Assembly (NCBI GenBank): GCA_951813565.1
Contig: OX638351.1
Coordinates: forward strand, 2,336,001-2,400,000
Length of the DNA: 64,000 bases
Direction: 5' to 3'
From: an uncultured Poribacteria bacterium
Lineage (GTDB): Bacteria > Poribacteria > WGA-4E > WGA-3G
Shown: piece after piece, positions 50,254 through 60,397 of the stretch
Position numbering within the stretch: the first letter of the stretch is position 1
Layout of the letters: the number at the start of each line of letters is the position of its first letter
Notes under the pieces: generated by a model
The model's input: the letters and a program-made list of their open reading frames with translations, nothing else
Told to the model about the DNA's origin: nothing
The model's database searches: none
Translations under genes and position numbers: made by a program

Positions 50254-50871
50254 TCAAAACTCCCACTGCAACAACGTTACACGATTATGCCATACAAGCA
50301 CTCCCATCGCGGTGCCTATGGCTGCTCCAGTCAACACATCCGACGTATAATGTCGCCCAAGATAGATACGCGAAAAACCTACCAATCCCGCGCCGATATA
50401 TAACGGTATTCGCCACTTCGGATACCGATACCCAAGAATCGTTGCTGCGCTAAAAGCAATTGTCGCATGTCCTGATGGCAGAGATGGATTCCCAAGGGTT
50501 TCATCAAGAGGGCGTTTTCTGCGAGTCAACCGTTTTAGCCCGTACGTCATCACCCCTGCCCCGATATATGCGGAGGATAACAGCCTTCCTGTATTCCGAT
50601 GGTCCTCATCTCCGTAAGCCATGAGCAAAATAGATAATCCCATGATTGAACGGTAATGCCCGAACTCTGAGATGCCTTCCATAACTGTCCACATCGGTTC
50701 GTTATGTGGAGGTGCGTCGTAGACACGATCAAAAAGCTGCTGATCCCATCGCGCTAAGATATTGTCGGCATTCGCATCTAAACCTGTTGCCAACCAGCAG
50801 AAAAAGAATACGTAGATTAGCAGTGTTTGTTTTTTCGGATAAAAAGATCTTGATTTTATAGAAAGAACCAT
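50254..50871 (-). CDS. PAP2 family phosphatase
   Basis: K-x6-RP, PSGH and SRIYLGRHYTSD. Confidence 0.92.
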   Translation of the reverse strand: MVLSIKSRSFYPKKQTLLIYVFFFCWLATGLDANADNILARWDQQLFDRVYDAPPHNEPMWTVMEGISEFGHYRSIMGLSILLMAYGDEDHRNTGRLLSSAYIGAGVMTYGLKRLTRRKRPLDETLGNPSLPSGHATIAFSAATILGYRYPKWRIPLYIGAGLVGFSRIYLGRHYTSDVLTGAAIGTAMGVLVWHNRVTLLQWEF

Positions 50872-50957
50872 AATTATTTATGCTCACCCCTCAAGTAAAT
50901 CGGGCTTACAAGGTTTCCCTCCCACAAGAGCACTTTTTGATAATTGAATGTCTCCGA

Positions 50958-52406
50958 CTACCACGGTGCTTGACGTTCAGGTAGCGGGTCCACCGTCCAT
51001 GCCATTCGGTGGATTAGACGCTCTTGCATTTCCAGTTTAACACCCGTGTAATCCGCATGATTCCAGAGGTTGTGTGTTTCTTGTGGGTCTGCCTCCAGAT
51101 CATAGAGTTCACCGCCATCTGTGCCGTGCGCCACAACTAACTTATACCTTTCGCTCCGCACCATTGTAGCGTTCGCAGCGGGTTCCCGATGCCATCCCAT
51201 CGCGTTGTAATACTCGCAATAGATGTCGTCGCGATGCGAATCCAAACTTTTTTCGCCTGTTAGCATTGGCAGAAGACTTTGCCCCTGCATCCCTGGGTAA
51301 CGCTCCAAATTGCTTGCTTCCAAGAGTGTTGGTGCTAAATCCACCAATTCCACGAGCGCATCCGAACGCGCTCCGTTATTCGACATCCCCGGTCCGGAGA
51401 TAATCAGCGGCACGCGGATGGCAGGTTCATAAAAATAGGGTCCTTTCAGATAGATGCCGTGGTCGCCGAGCATTTCTCCGTGGTCAGAGGTAAAAATTAC
51501 AATCGTGTTTTCTCGCTGCCCCGTTTCCTCTAAAAAGTCAAGCAGCCTCCCAATTTGCGTGTCAATGACGTCAATCATTGCCCAATATGCAGCGGTTACC
51601 CAACGGTGGTCTGATTCGTTCATTTCTTGGTACGGATAACCCGACTTTCCACCATAAGCACCACCGTTGTCAATCTGTTGCCAAATCGGTTTATTTTCAA
51701 GTTCACCTTCAACATAGTTCGGTAACGGAATATCGTCTAATATTTCGCGGTATCGTTCTAATGCTGCTAACGGAGGATCAAATGCATGGTGCGGGTCAAA
51801 CATATTTACAGAGAAAAGCCACGGTTGCTTAAACCGTTCTGCGCTGCTGATGAACGACATTGCACGTTCAATACTCCAAGTTGTCTGGCTGTGTTCCTCA
51901 GATGGAATCACGCGGACGTATTTTGAATCGGCAAACGGTGTGCTATCTCGGCGCAGCCCCTTATCTGTTAACCACTGAATATAATCGTGTGTAAACCATG
52001 CATCACTCGGATCGTGCGACCAAAAGAATTGGTCGTAGCCATCGTCAATCCGCTGTTCTGTGCCTTTGCAGAAGCGTGGATTGCACGGCGCAAGGTGAAG
52101 TTTACCTGCCAACCCATTTATGTAGCCAGCATCTTGGAGCAGTTTCGTCACAAGTACTTCATCTGGTGGAATTGCCTGTCCATTTTGCCTGCATCGTGTT
52201 GTACGCGGGTATCGTCCTGTGAGGAAACTTGCCCTGCTCGGTGTGCAGACAGGACTCTGTGAGTAAGCGTATTCAAATAGTACACCTTCTTGGGCAAGAT
52301 TGTCTAAATTCGGTGTTTGGACATAAGGGTTTCCGTAGCAACCTAAGGTGTCAAATCGTTGTTGGTCGCTACATATCCAGAGTATGTTAGGTAGGTTTTT
52401 ATGCAT
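50958..52406 (-). CDS. Sulfatase (formylglycine-dependent)
   Basis: PNILWICSDQ, CTPSRASFLTGRY, GKLHL and TSDHGEMLGDHG. Confidence 0.95.
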   Translation of the reverse strand: MHKNLPNILWICSDQQRFDTLGCYGNPYVQTPNLDNLAQEGVLFEYAYSQSPVCTPSRASFLTGRYPRTTRCRQNGQAIPPDEVLVTKLLQDAGYINGLAGKLHLAPCNPRFCKGTEQRIDDGYDQFFWSHDPSDAWFTHDYIQWLTDKGLRRDSTPFADSKYVRVIPSEEHSQTTWSIERAMSFISSAERFKQPWLFSVNMFDPHHAFDPPLAALERYREILDDIPLPNYVEGELENKPIWQQIDNGGAYGGKSGYPYQEMNESDHRWVTAAYWAMIDVIDTQIGRLLDFLEETGQRENTIVIFTSDHGEMLGDHGIYLKGPYFYEPAIRVPLIISGPGMSNNGARSDALVELVDLAPTLLEASNLERYPGMQGQSLLPMLTGEKSLDSHRDDIYCEYYNAMGWHREPAANATMVRSERYKLVVAHGTDGGELYDLEADPQETHNLWNHADYTGVKLEMQERLIHRMAWTVDPLPERQAPW

Positions 52407-54024
52407 CTACTTCTGTCTCTGTTTGTTTAGATTTTCGGTATCGGTAGAATGTCCATATACCAGAGGCAATTATGAGAACCAACAGACAGACTATGCCGAT
52501 ATTAATAATATTGCGCCAAGGATTTAGCTGCCACAAACGCTGTCCAGCTAATTTAGCAGCGGTACTCCCTTTTTCGGCTTTTAATTTTACCTGTTTCCAA
52601 TACTTTTTGACAAGGTCCGGCTGTTGATACGCTTCAGCTAATTTCGCTGTGACAACAAAATACTTAATATCTTGAACTTTGGAACGATCAACAGCATCGG
52701 CAAAAGTCGTAAACAACAAGACCGTTAAATCTTCCGACATCGGTGGGAAATCTGTCGTCAACTCAATACCATTTTGGAAGGCTGTTACTGCTTTTTGATG
52801 GTCATTCCGACTAAATTCAAGTTCTGCAATCTCAAACCATGTTTTTTTCACTAACTGTATCGATTGTTCTATCGCAGTGTAACCATCAAACGTGAAAGTT
52901 GCTGAACCGTGATAAAAATCCGCTTGTTTTGCATAGAGTGTATAATTCGTTCCTGGCGTTAGCATATTTGAGGCTTGCCAGTCTTGAAATGAATAAGTTC
53001 CATCTTCTCCTACAACTGCGACATATTCAGTTCCATCAATTGAAATTTGTGTATCAACAACGGACACATCGGAGGGACCGGTAACAGTGCCAAAAACTGA
53101 AATCGGTTTGAGTGCCCAAGCAAAATTTACGCTTTCACCTTGTGTTAACTTCAATTCAGCAGTTTTAGCCTCTGGACTATTATAGCCCACCTTTCTAACA
53201 GAGACAGTATAGGTTCCCTGCTGTAAGCCGTCTGTGAAAAGCTTAGGTGTCAATCCACTTTCTTTTTCATTTAGTAGAATTTGCGCTCCGTCTGGAAATG
53301 TAGTGACTTTAATGGCAGGGCTGAGTCTCATTACCGTTTCCTCAACATTCCCTGTGGGCGCGAAAATTGCGCGTTCAAAAGCGGTGTTTGTCTGTAGCTG
53401 TTGATATATTTCTATAATACTGATGTGTCTGTTATCATCTGCATCAATTTTTTGTTGAGACAAGGCATCAATCAGGGACTCAAGAAAGGCATTCTTACCT
53501 GCTGTAGAAGGTTGGATAACGTTTAGCGCCGCAGTACCAAGAGTTTCTCTATTCGCATAGTAAATGCCCAGATTCTCTTCGTTTGCATAACCATCAACGA
53601 TTACAAGCGTGCGATCCACACCTGTCCCTTGTAGCCATTGATTCAAAACAGAATCTTGGATAGTTTCTCCCGATTGTGTTGAAAGGTACATAGCGTTTCC
53701 TCCACGCAGTTTAGACACTTCACCATAATAAAGAAAGATAAAGGCATCTATTTTCCCGCTCCTGTTGCCGATATCAGCCAAGAATATCTGTATTTCATCT
53801 TTGGTCGCTTGGTCACCTGTAAGGTTGTGTATGTGAGCCCGAGAGACCTTTCCTTTCTCTATTAACAGTTTGTTTAAAGTGTTAAACAACGCTTGCGCAT
53901 CAGCATCAGGCGTCGTATCAACCATAAGCCAAAACGTCCCTGAATCGCTGGGTTCAGTAGAAACTGTTTCGATAATAAAAAAAGAGGTTAAAAGTATGAG
54001 GACAATAATTTTTTGTTTGGGCAT
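52399..54024 (-). CDS. Membrane-anchored protein: degenerate caspase-like domain, PEGA, beta-sandwich, TPR-like segment, C-terminal TM
   Basis: Signal peptide; VTTFPDGAQILLN..GLTP..GTYTVSVRKVGY (PEGA); TM followed by a basic tail. Confidence 0.7.
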   Translation of the reverse strand: MPKQKIIVLILLTSFFIIETVSTEPSDSGTFWLMVDTTPDADAQALFNTLNKLLIEKGKVSRAHIHNLTGDQATKDEIQIFLADIGNRSGKIDAFIFLYYGEVSKLRGGNAMYLSTQSGETIQDSVLNQWLQGTGVDRTLVIVDGYANEENLGIYYANRETLGTAALNVIQPSTAGKNAFLESLIDALSQQKIDADDNRHISIIEIYQQLQTNTAFERAIFAPTGNVEETVMRLSPAIKVTTFPDGAQILLNEKESGLTPKLFTDGLQQGTYTVSVRKVGYNSPEAKTAELKLTQGESVNFAWALKPISVFGTVTGPSDVSVVDTQISIDGTEYVAVVGEDGTYSFQDWQASNMLTPGTNYTLYAKQADFYHGSATFTFDGYTAIEQSIQLVKKTWFEIAELEFSRNDHQKAVTAFQNGIELTTDFPPMSEDLTVLLFTTFADAVDRSKVQDIKYFVVTAKLAEAYQQPDLVKKYWKQVKLKAEKGSTAAKLAGQRLWQLNPWRNIINIGIVCLLVLIIASGIWTFYRYRKSKQTETEVDA

Positions 54025-54257
54025 TTACTTGGACCTAACGTGAGTTTGATAAAAATAGTATTGTGTGACAGCAGGAATCCCTCTTGATAGAGTGAGCTAA
54101 GCAAAACCATTATAAGTATATTATAAACAGATGTTGATGTCAAGGAACATATTATTGGTCTTTGATCCGCACCTCTTGCTAAAAACTACAACTTTTGCTA
54201 AAATACCCTATCAATAACAAAAGCGATATATCCGAATGCCTAATATCTGATAAAACA

Positions 54258-54938
54258 ATGCACAACATAGTCACCGGCACCCTTTACCTCGTCAGCACAC
54301 CGATCGGAAATTTAGAGGACATCACTCTACGCGCACTACGTATCCTCAAAGAGGTTGACCTTATTGCTGCTGAAGACACCCGACAAACACGCAGATTGTT
54401 AACACACTATGAAATCAAAACCCCACTCACAAGTTATTTTGAAGGCAACCAACAGACGAAATCCGAAAAATTGATCGCACGACTGAAAGCAGGAGAATCC
54501 GTTGCCCTTGTATCAGATGCTGGCACGCCAATAATTTCTGACCCAGGTTACCCGCTTCTACAAGAATGCATCGCTGAAGCCTTACCAATCGTGCCGATAC
54601 CAGGTCCATCGGCTATTCTTGCGGCGGCGGCTGTGTCGGGTCTACCGCTGCATAACTTTACCTTTGAAGGTTTTCTCTCACCAAAATCGGGAAAACGGAA
54701 ACGTCAATTAACACAACTTGCAGACGAAAAACGAACGTTAATTCTCTTTGAATCACCACATCGGCTCCGTCGTTTTCTCGAGGATGCTCTTGATGTGATG
54801 GGGGAACGCAACATTGTCATTGCCCGTGAATTGACCAAACGGTTTGAAGAGATTTTTCGCGGAAATATCAGCCAAGCACTGGAAAAATTCCAGTCTACTG
54901 AACCGCGCGGGGAATTTACTATTGTTATTGGAGCATAA
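54258..54938 (+). CDS. rsmI: 16S rRNA (cytidine1402-2'-O)-methyltransferase
   Basis: LYLVSTPIGNLEDIT, AAEDTR, VSDAGTPIISDPG, FESPHR and ARELTK. Confidence 0.97.
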   Translation: MHNIVTGTLYLVSTPIGNLEDITLRALRILKEVDLIAAEDTRQTRRLLTHYEIKTPLTSYFEGNQQTKSEKLIARLKAGESVALVSDAGTPIISDPGYPLLQECIAEALPIVPIPGPSAILAAAAVSGLPLHNFTFEGFLSPKSGKRKRQLTQLADEKRTLILFESPHRLRRFLEDALDVMGERNIVIARELTKRFEEIFRGNISQALEKFQSTEPRGEFTIVIGA

Positions 54939-54940
54939 AA

Positions 54941-55882
54941 TTGTCTAACAAAAAGATCAAAAACATTGCCGTAATCGGTGCAGGATTGATGGGACACGGC
55001 ATCGCACAAGAATTCGCATGTGCGGAATACAATGTTAAACTTCATGACATTACCAAAGAAAAATTAAATAATGCCCGCGTACAGATTGGCAAAAACCTAA
55101 CACTACTCGCCGAAAACGGTGTTATTGAAAAGACAAGCATCCCTGAAACGATGCGGCGTATTCAGACCACAGCCGAACTCGCTACATCCGTGGAAACTGC
55201 TGATTTTGTCGTTGAGGCTGTATCCGAGAATCTACCCCTAAAACAGCAGATTTTTGCGGAATTAGATACTTTGTGTCAACCGCATACAATCTTGGCGAGC
55301 AACACAACAGCACTAATGCCCAGCCAGATAGGTGCAAACACGAAACGCACCGATAAGATACTTAATACGCACTATTTTAATCCACCTTACCTGATTCCGC
55401 TTGTTGAACTAATTCGCAGCCCTGATACATCCGATGAAACCGTGTTTGTGACGTTTGATCTCCTTACCTCCATTGGCAAAACACCGGCGATTATTGAAAA
55501 AGAGGCACTCGGTTTTGTAGGGCCGAGGCTACAAGCCGCACTCATTCGAGAAGCGTTTGCAATTGTAGAGCAGGGCATCGCCAGTGCTGAAACGGTTGAC
55601 CTTGTTGTACGCAACAGCTTTGGTAGGAGACTCAGTGTCGCAGGTCCATTTGAAGTCTTTGAACTTGCAGGATGGGATTTGGTGCTTGATGCCTTTGAAG
55701 AACTCTACAAAGACTTGAACAGTTCTCCGGAAATCAATCCGCTCCTCAGAAAAATGGTTGAATCCGATAAGCTCGGAGTGAAGTCAGGTGAAGGTTTTTA
55801 TCAATGGTCTGAGGAACGACAACAAGTACTTCGCGACCGAATGAGTCAGGCATTGATTCGTGCTATTCAGCAAGATGAATAA
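54941..55882 (+). CDS. 3-hydroxyacyl-CoA dehydrogenase family protein
   Basis: VIGAGLMGHGIA, VVEAVSENL, LASNT and HYFNPP. Confidence 0.93.
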   Translation: MSNKKIKNIAVIGAGLMGHGIAQEFACAEYNVKLHDITKEKLNNARVQIGKNLTLLAENGVIEKTSIPETMRRIQTTAELATSVETADFVVEAVSENLPLKQQIFAELDTLCQPHTILASNTTALMPSQIGANTKRTDKILNTHYFNPPYLIPLVELIRSPDTSDETVFVTFDLLTSIGKTPAIIEKEALGFVGPRLQAALIREAFAIVEQGIASAETVDLVVRNSFGRRLSVAGPFEVFELAGWDLVLDAFEELYKDLNSSPEINPLLRKMVESDKLGVKSGEGFYQWSEERQQVLRDRMSQALIRAIQQDE

Positions 55883-55968
55883 TTGGTAGAGAACTTATGG
55901 GTTAAGTAGTTGCCTCCTGTGAACAAGTTTTGCAACTCTAATCTACGACATTTCTGGACTATCAATAA

Positions 55969-56643
55969 ATGTCCAAAAAAAATCTCCGTAAAACATTCAC
56001 ATTCGTCATAGTTGGAATCGCAATTCTCTGCCTGATACTATTCTTTAGGCAGATTCAAGGATTTCTTCTTGAACTGATCGCAGCATTCCGGAACATTGAA
56101 ACAGTCCGTGAATATATCGCAGGTTACGGGCTGTTTGCTCCGCTCATTTCAGCGACTCTCATGATCTTTCAGAGTGTCATCGCGCCGTTGCCTGCATTCC
56201 TCATCACAATAGCGAACGGTGCGCTCTTCGGATTCTGGTGGGGTATGCTCCTATCTTGGAGCAGTGCTATGCTTGGTGCTGCTCTCTGCTTCTACATTGC
56301 CCGCTTTCTCGGTGCTAAACATGTTGCTCGAATCGTCAGTCAACCCGTTGTCAACAAAACCGATCAGTTCATTCAAACATACGGTAACTATGCAATCCTG
56401 ATTGCCCGCCTTATCCCGTATATCCCATTCGATGTTGTCAGCTATGCCGCAGGATTGACACGGATACAGTTCATCGGTTTCTGGCTTGCCACTGGCATCG
56501 GTCAACTTCCCGCAACCGTTGTTTATACCTACCTTGGCAACAGAATCTCTACTCACACAAATTTAATGCTATTTGGTTTCGGTATTGCGATATCCGTTTC
56601 GATTGTGTTATGGTTAGTAAAGAAGCGAAAACCTCTTGATTAA
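55969..56643 (+). CDS. TVP38/TMEM64 (VTT/DedA-like) membrane protein
   Basis: APLPAFLITIANGALFG and ARLIPYIPFDVVSYAAG. Confidence 0.92.
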   Translation: MSKKNLRKTFTFVIVGIAILCLILFFRQIQGFLLELIAAFRNIETVREYIAGYGLFAPLISATLMIFQSVIAPLPAFLITIANGALFGFWWGMLLSWSSAMLGAALCFYIARFLGAKHVARIVSQPVVNKTDQFIQTYGNYAILIARLIPYIPFDVVSYAAGLTRIQFIGFWLATGIGQLPATVVYTYLGNRISTHTNLMLFGFGIAISVSIVLWLVKKRKPLD

Positions 56644-56723
56644 CCTTAGGATAGGAATCTATCCTGCCATTTGTTTAGGCACACCAGATATAGCAAGCAC
56701 TAACACCAGTAGCCATAAACCAA

Positions 56724-56752
56724 TTGACATCAATCCCACTTTAAGGTAAATT
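56724..56752 (+). promoter_or_regulatory. Putative sigma70 promoter
   Basis: TTGACA-N17-TAAATT about 45 nt upstream of ATG 56798. Confidence 0.55.
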
Positions 56753-56797
56753 CTCTGCATAACAACGTATTACCCTTTTTAAAAAAGGAATATAATT

Positions 56798-57766
56798 ATG
56801 ATTCGAATAGGTGTTATTGGAGTAGGTGGCATGGGCAATGGCCATTGCAACTCACTTCCCAACGTAGAAAATTGTGAATTTGTAGGTGTAGCAGACTTAC
56901 GGATCGACGCTGCAAAAGCTGTCGCCGAAAGGCACAACATCCGTGCATTCCAAGACTATCAAGAACTCTTACCACTTGTTGACGGTGTCGTTGTGGCGAC
57001 GCCGCCTGTAGTACATACCGAAGTTGTCGTTGACGCTGCAGAAGCAGGCGTACACGCCTTTTGTGAAAAACCGCTCTCTTTAACACTTGATGAGGCGGAC
57101 AAAATGATCGAAGCATCGGACAAAGCTGGCACACATCTCATGGTCGGTCAAGTTCTCCGCTTCTATCCTGTGCACGAACTCGGTAGGAAGATGGTGGATA
57201 ACGGTGACATCGGAGATGTCGTATATATAGAAACTGATTATACTGGTCCCTATAATGCGCCACGCGGTAGACCGGATAGTTGGTACGGCACCGTTGGTGG
57301 ATTGTTAGAAAATGGCATTCATAAATCCGACCTAATCAATTGGTTCGGAGGCACCGCACTCACCGTCGCAGCGGAAGTCGGTAGCTTCTCTGGACATGAT
57401 GATTGGGAGGATTATACTGTTTCACTGATCCGTTACGATACCGGTACCGTCGGTATTCTCCGTTGGGGTGGTTTCCTCGGTGCCCGCGGCACAAATGAAA
57501 CAATCATTGACGGCACCGAAGGGTCACTACGTCTTGACATGGCAGCGGATCTTGCATATCTCAAAAAACGTGGTGGCGACTGGCAGGAAGTCGTTCCTGA
57601 CCGCTCCGGTCCGAGCCATGTCGTCGGCGAACTCACACATTTTGTCGAATGCATCCGGGACAACAAAACCCCAATGATTGATGGCAGAGGCGGCAAACAT
57701 GCCGTAGCAATTGTCTTAGCCACGTATGAATCGGCGAAAGAGAAAACGAAGGTTTCTATCGGTTAG
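56798..57766 (+). CDS. Gfo/Idh/MocA oxidoreductase
   Basis: IGVIGVGGMG, VVVATPP, FCEKPL and GGLLENGIHKSD. Confidence 0.92.
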   Translation: MIRIGVIGVGGMGNGHCNSLPNVENCEFVGVADLRIDAAKAVAERHNIRAFQDYQELLPLVDGVVVATPPVVHTEVVVDAAEAGVHAFCEKPLSLTLDEADKMIEASDKAGTHLMVGQVLRFYPVHELGRKMVDNGDIGDVVYIETDYTGPYNAPRGRPDSWYGTVGGLLENGIHKSDLINWFGGTALTVAAEVGSFSGHDDWEDYTVSLIRYDTGTVGILRWGGFLGARGTNETIIDGTEGSLRLDMAADLAYLKKRGGDWQEVVPDRSGPSHVVGELTHFVECIRDNKTPMIDGRGGKHAVAIVLATYESAKEKTKVSIG

Positions 57767-57777
57767 TCAGCTCCTGA

Positions 57778-57811
57778 AAACTGTAGGGACGGGCATCGTC
57801 CCTACAGTTTG
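57778..57811 (+). terminator. Hairpin, possible terminator or REP
   Basis: AAACTGTAGGGACG-ggcat-CGTCCCTACAGTTT perfect stem after the stop codon. Confidence 0.55.
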
Positions 57812-57834
57812 CAAGTGTCAAAAGGAAGTTTCAG

Positions 57835-59097
57835 ATGAAAAAGACACTGTTCTTTACCTTTTTAATCCTTGGTATTATTTCGTTTTATTTGATTCCGCTT
57901 CCTATTTCAGCCAGAGATGTTACGGAAACATTTCGTTGCTATGATTCTCCACAGTGGCATCTACCTGAAGGAGTGAAAGCACGCATCGGCAAAGGAAGCA
58001 TTATTAGGTTACAGTATTCTCCGGATGGTAATGTATTAGCCGTTATGAGTTCTATGGGGATTTGGCTTTACGATGCACACAGCGGTGAAGAACGTGCCCT
58101 TCTCTCAGGACATACTGGATTAATTTTAGGCATGTCATTCAGTCCAGATAGTCGCATAATTGCGAGTGGTGGAACGGACGGCACCACTCGAATGTGGGAT
58201 ATTGCTACTGGTAAACAAAAGCACACGCTCACAGTGCCAAGATTCAGAATTGGTGATGTATCGTTCAATTCAGACGGGAAAACGCTTGCAAGCGTAAGTG
58301 TTTCTGCTATGTCAAAACGTTTTATCGGTTGGGCTGACCCATATATCCAAACAATTGGAATTGCAAGTACAAGATCTGAAATTGAACTGTGGGATGTTGC
58401 CACAGGAAAACATAAGGAAACTATTGAGACCGGGGATTTGCGCTTCAACATCTTATTCAGTCCTGACGGAAAAACACTTGCGAGTGTATATGATAAAAAT
58501 ATTAGCTTATGGGATGTTACCACAGGAAAGTGCAAGCAGATACTTGGTGGTAATACGTCGCGGATTAGAAGCATGTCTTTCAGTTTAGACAGTCACACAT
58601 TTGCGAGTGGGAGCTGGCAAGAAATTCACGTATGGGACGTTGCCATAGATAAACAAAATGAAATCGTCTCTATAAGACATCCCAGGCTGACCCTCAAAGG
58701 GCATACTTCGTATGTCAATAATTTGTCTTTTAGTCCGGATGGGCAGACGCTCGCAAGTGGGAGTGAGGACAAAACTATCCGGATGTGGGATATAGCCACT
58801 GGTGAGCAACGACAAACGTTCGTCCTTCAAGATTTACCAAATCAATTTGATGCTGTTGGGGATGTCGCTTTCAGTTCGGATGGTCGTATTCTTGCTTGTA
58901 GTATGTGGAAGGGACCTATCTATTTGTGGAATGCGTTCACAGGAGAGCGAAAGAAAATACTCATAGGACATACAAAGCAGGTAGTTCACCTGTCATTCAA
59001 CTCAGACAGTCACACTTTGGCAAGTGAGAGCGAAGATGGCACAGTGCTTGTGTGGGACATTGCTTCTGTATTTAAACCTACAGATAAAACCAAATAG
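57835..59097 (+). CDS. Secreted WD40-repeat protein
   Basis: Signal peptide; WHLPEGVKARIGKG; GHTSYVNNLSFSPDG..LASGSEDKTIRMWD. Confidence 0.92.
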   Translation: MKKTLFFTFLILGIISFYLIPLPISARDVTETFRCYDSPQWHLPEGVKARIGKGSIIRLQYSPDGNVLAVMSSMGIWLYDAHSGEERALLSGHTGLILGMSFSPDSRIIASGGTDGTTRMWDIATGKQKHTLTVPRFRIGDVSFNSDGKTLASVSVSAMSKRFIGWADPYIQTIGIASTRSEIELWDVATGKHKETIETGDLRFNILFSPDGKTLASVYDKNISLWDVTTGKCKQILGGNTSRIRSMSFSLDSHTFASGSWQEIHVWDVAIDKQNEIVSIRHPRLTLKGHTSYVNNLSFSPDGQTLASGSEDKTIRMWDIATGEQRQTFVLQDLPNQFDAVGDVAFSSDGRILACSMWKGPIYLWNAFTGERKKILIGHTKQVVHLSFNSDSHTLASESEDGTVLVWDIASVFKPTDKTK

Positions 59098-59173
59098 CGA
59101 AGTTGCCCACGGCGTAAATCAACACACCAGCGACAAAGAATTCAAGACTTGGAAAATTGGACAGAGAGTATAT

Positions 59174-60264
59174 CAGGACTTACGCAGTTTTGAAAATTAT
59201 TGAAGGATTAGAGAGTTGATGTCGCATGTAATCATCCAATAAACTATCTTTGAGTCGGTAAATCGTTTGAGAGGCTTTCCGTGCAGCACGCATTAGACAG
59301 ACCCAGACCTGAAAACAACAGGCAATATGGTTTCGTTGGGCACGCAACTTACGACACTGACATTTATCAATACCTGTAACCTGTTTGATTTCACGGTGAA
59401 GTTGCTCAATCTTCCAGCGAACCCGACACTCGTTTTTGGTCGCAGTCGCATCCGATTGAGATAAATCGTTTGTCACAATATATTCCGTGCGTCCGTTTTC
59501 AGATACAATCCGGAACAACTTCACTTGATGCCCTTTCGGAAAGTTTTTGATGTGAACCCGTTTCCCCTGTTGCTTTTCTGTCTGTGTCCAAGATAAATCT
59601 TCTACATGCTGGTGTGGTTCAACACCATCCGTATCATTCACAAGTCGGTTTCGTTTCAGAGGCGCATAGTAAACCTTGGAAAGTTTCTCAATCGCTTTCA
59701 TCACTTGCATACAAACATACCAAGCATCCATCAACACGGTCCGAAACGGGAGTTGTTTTTTCAAGACAGCATTATGCAACATATCCAGTAAATGGTCTAT
59801 TTTGGTCTTACCATCATGCGATTTGTCAAAAATGCGATAATCAATGACCCAATACTCGCCAGTTTTTGGGTTGACATAGAGACACGTGACAATACCGATG
59901 CCACGAATAACTTTTTTGTCGCTACCACTCCATTGATGGTAAACAGCTTCTATCTGTTTTGAAAACTTCTTAGAGAGAACGACATCATCAAAGGCAATGT
60001 ATCCATCTTCATCAAACTCAATGTCCGGTTTTACAGATTTCCAGAGTTCGCTTGAAGGAATGTTTTCGTTCCTCAGGTATCGATTGAGTTGATCGTGGCT
60101 CCACTTCTCAGTATGGTCTGCGAAATAGGTTTGTGTGAAATTAGTGAAACTTGCTATCAGAAATTGACAATAGTTGGAATGTAAGTTTTGCTTCTTTTCA
60201 GGAAGTGTAAATGAAATCATAATCCAATAGTATAACACAATTTTTGATTATTGCGTAAGTCCTG
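59174..60264 (-). mobile_element. IS701-family (ISAba11-like) insertion sequence, 1091 bp
   Basis: 13-bp perfect IRs CAGGACTTACGCA/TGCGTAAGTCCTG; 5-bp TSD TATAT at 59169-59173 and 60265-60269. Confidence 0.92.
59180..60220 (-). CDS. DDE transposase, IS701 family
   Basis: SHDQLNRYL, IAFDD, LMDAWY and RWKIEQLHREIKQ..CQCR..QRNHI; the stop codon lies inside the IR. Confidence 0.92.
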   Translation of the reverse strand: MISFTLPEKKQNLHSNYCQFLIASFTNFTQTYFADHTEKWSHDQLNRYLRNENIPSSELWKSVKPDIEFDEDGYIAFDDVVLSKKFSKQIEAVYHQWSGSDKKVIRGIGIVTCLYVNPKTGEYWVIDYRIFDKSHDGKTKIDHLLDMLHNAVLKKQLPFRTVLMDAWYVCMQVMKAIEKLSKVYYAPLKRNRLVNDTDGVEPHQHVEDLSWTQTEKQQGKRVHIKNFPKGHQVKLFRIVSENGRTEYIVTNDLSQSDATATKNECRVRWKIEQLHREIKQVTGIDKCQCRKLRAQRNHIACCFQVWVCLMRAARKASQTIYRLKDSLLDDYMRHQLSNPSIIFKTA

Positions 60265-60397
60265 TATATTTTATGTTATACTGACGTTACAGTTTCAACT
60301 AGGCATATATCCAACAAAAACATCTAATCTCATAATACCGGCACGCGCTAAAAAGCGATTTATGAGATAACTTCCTAAAGACAACAACGGACAAATT

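Noticed and set aside
60251..60282. Hybrid promoter formed by the IS701 end (TTGCGT) and flanking TATACT
   Set aside because: The spacer is 20 nt, too long for a sigma70 promoter.
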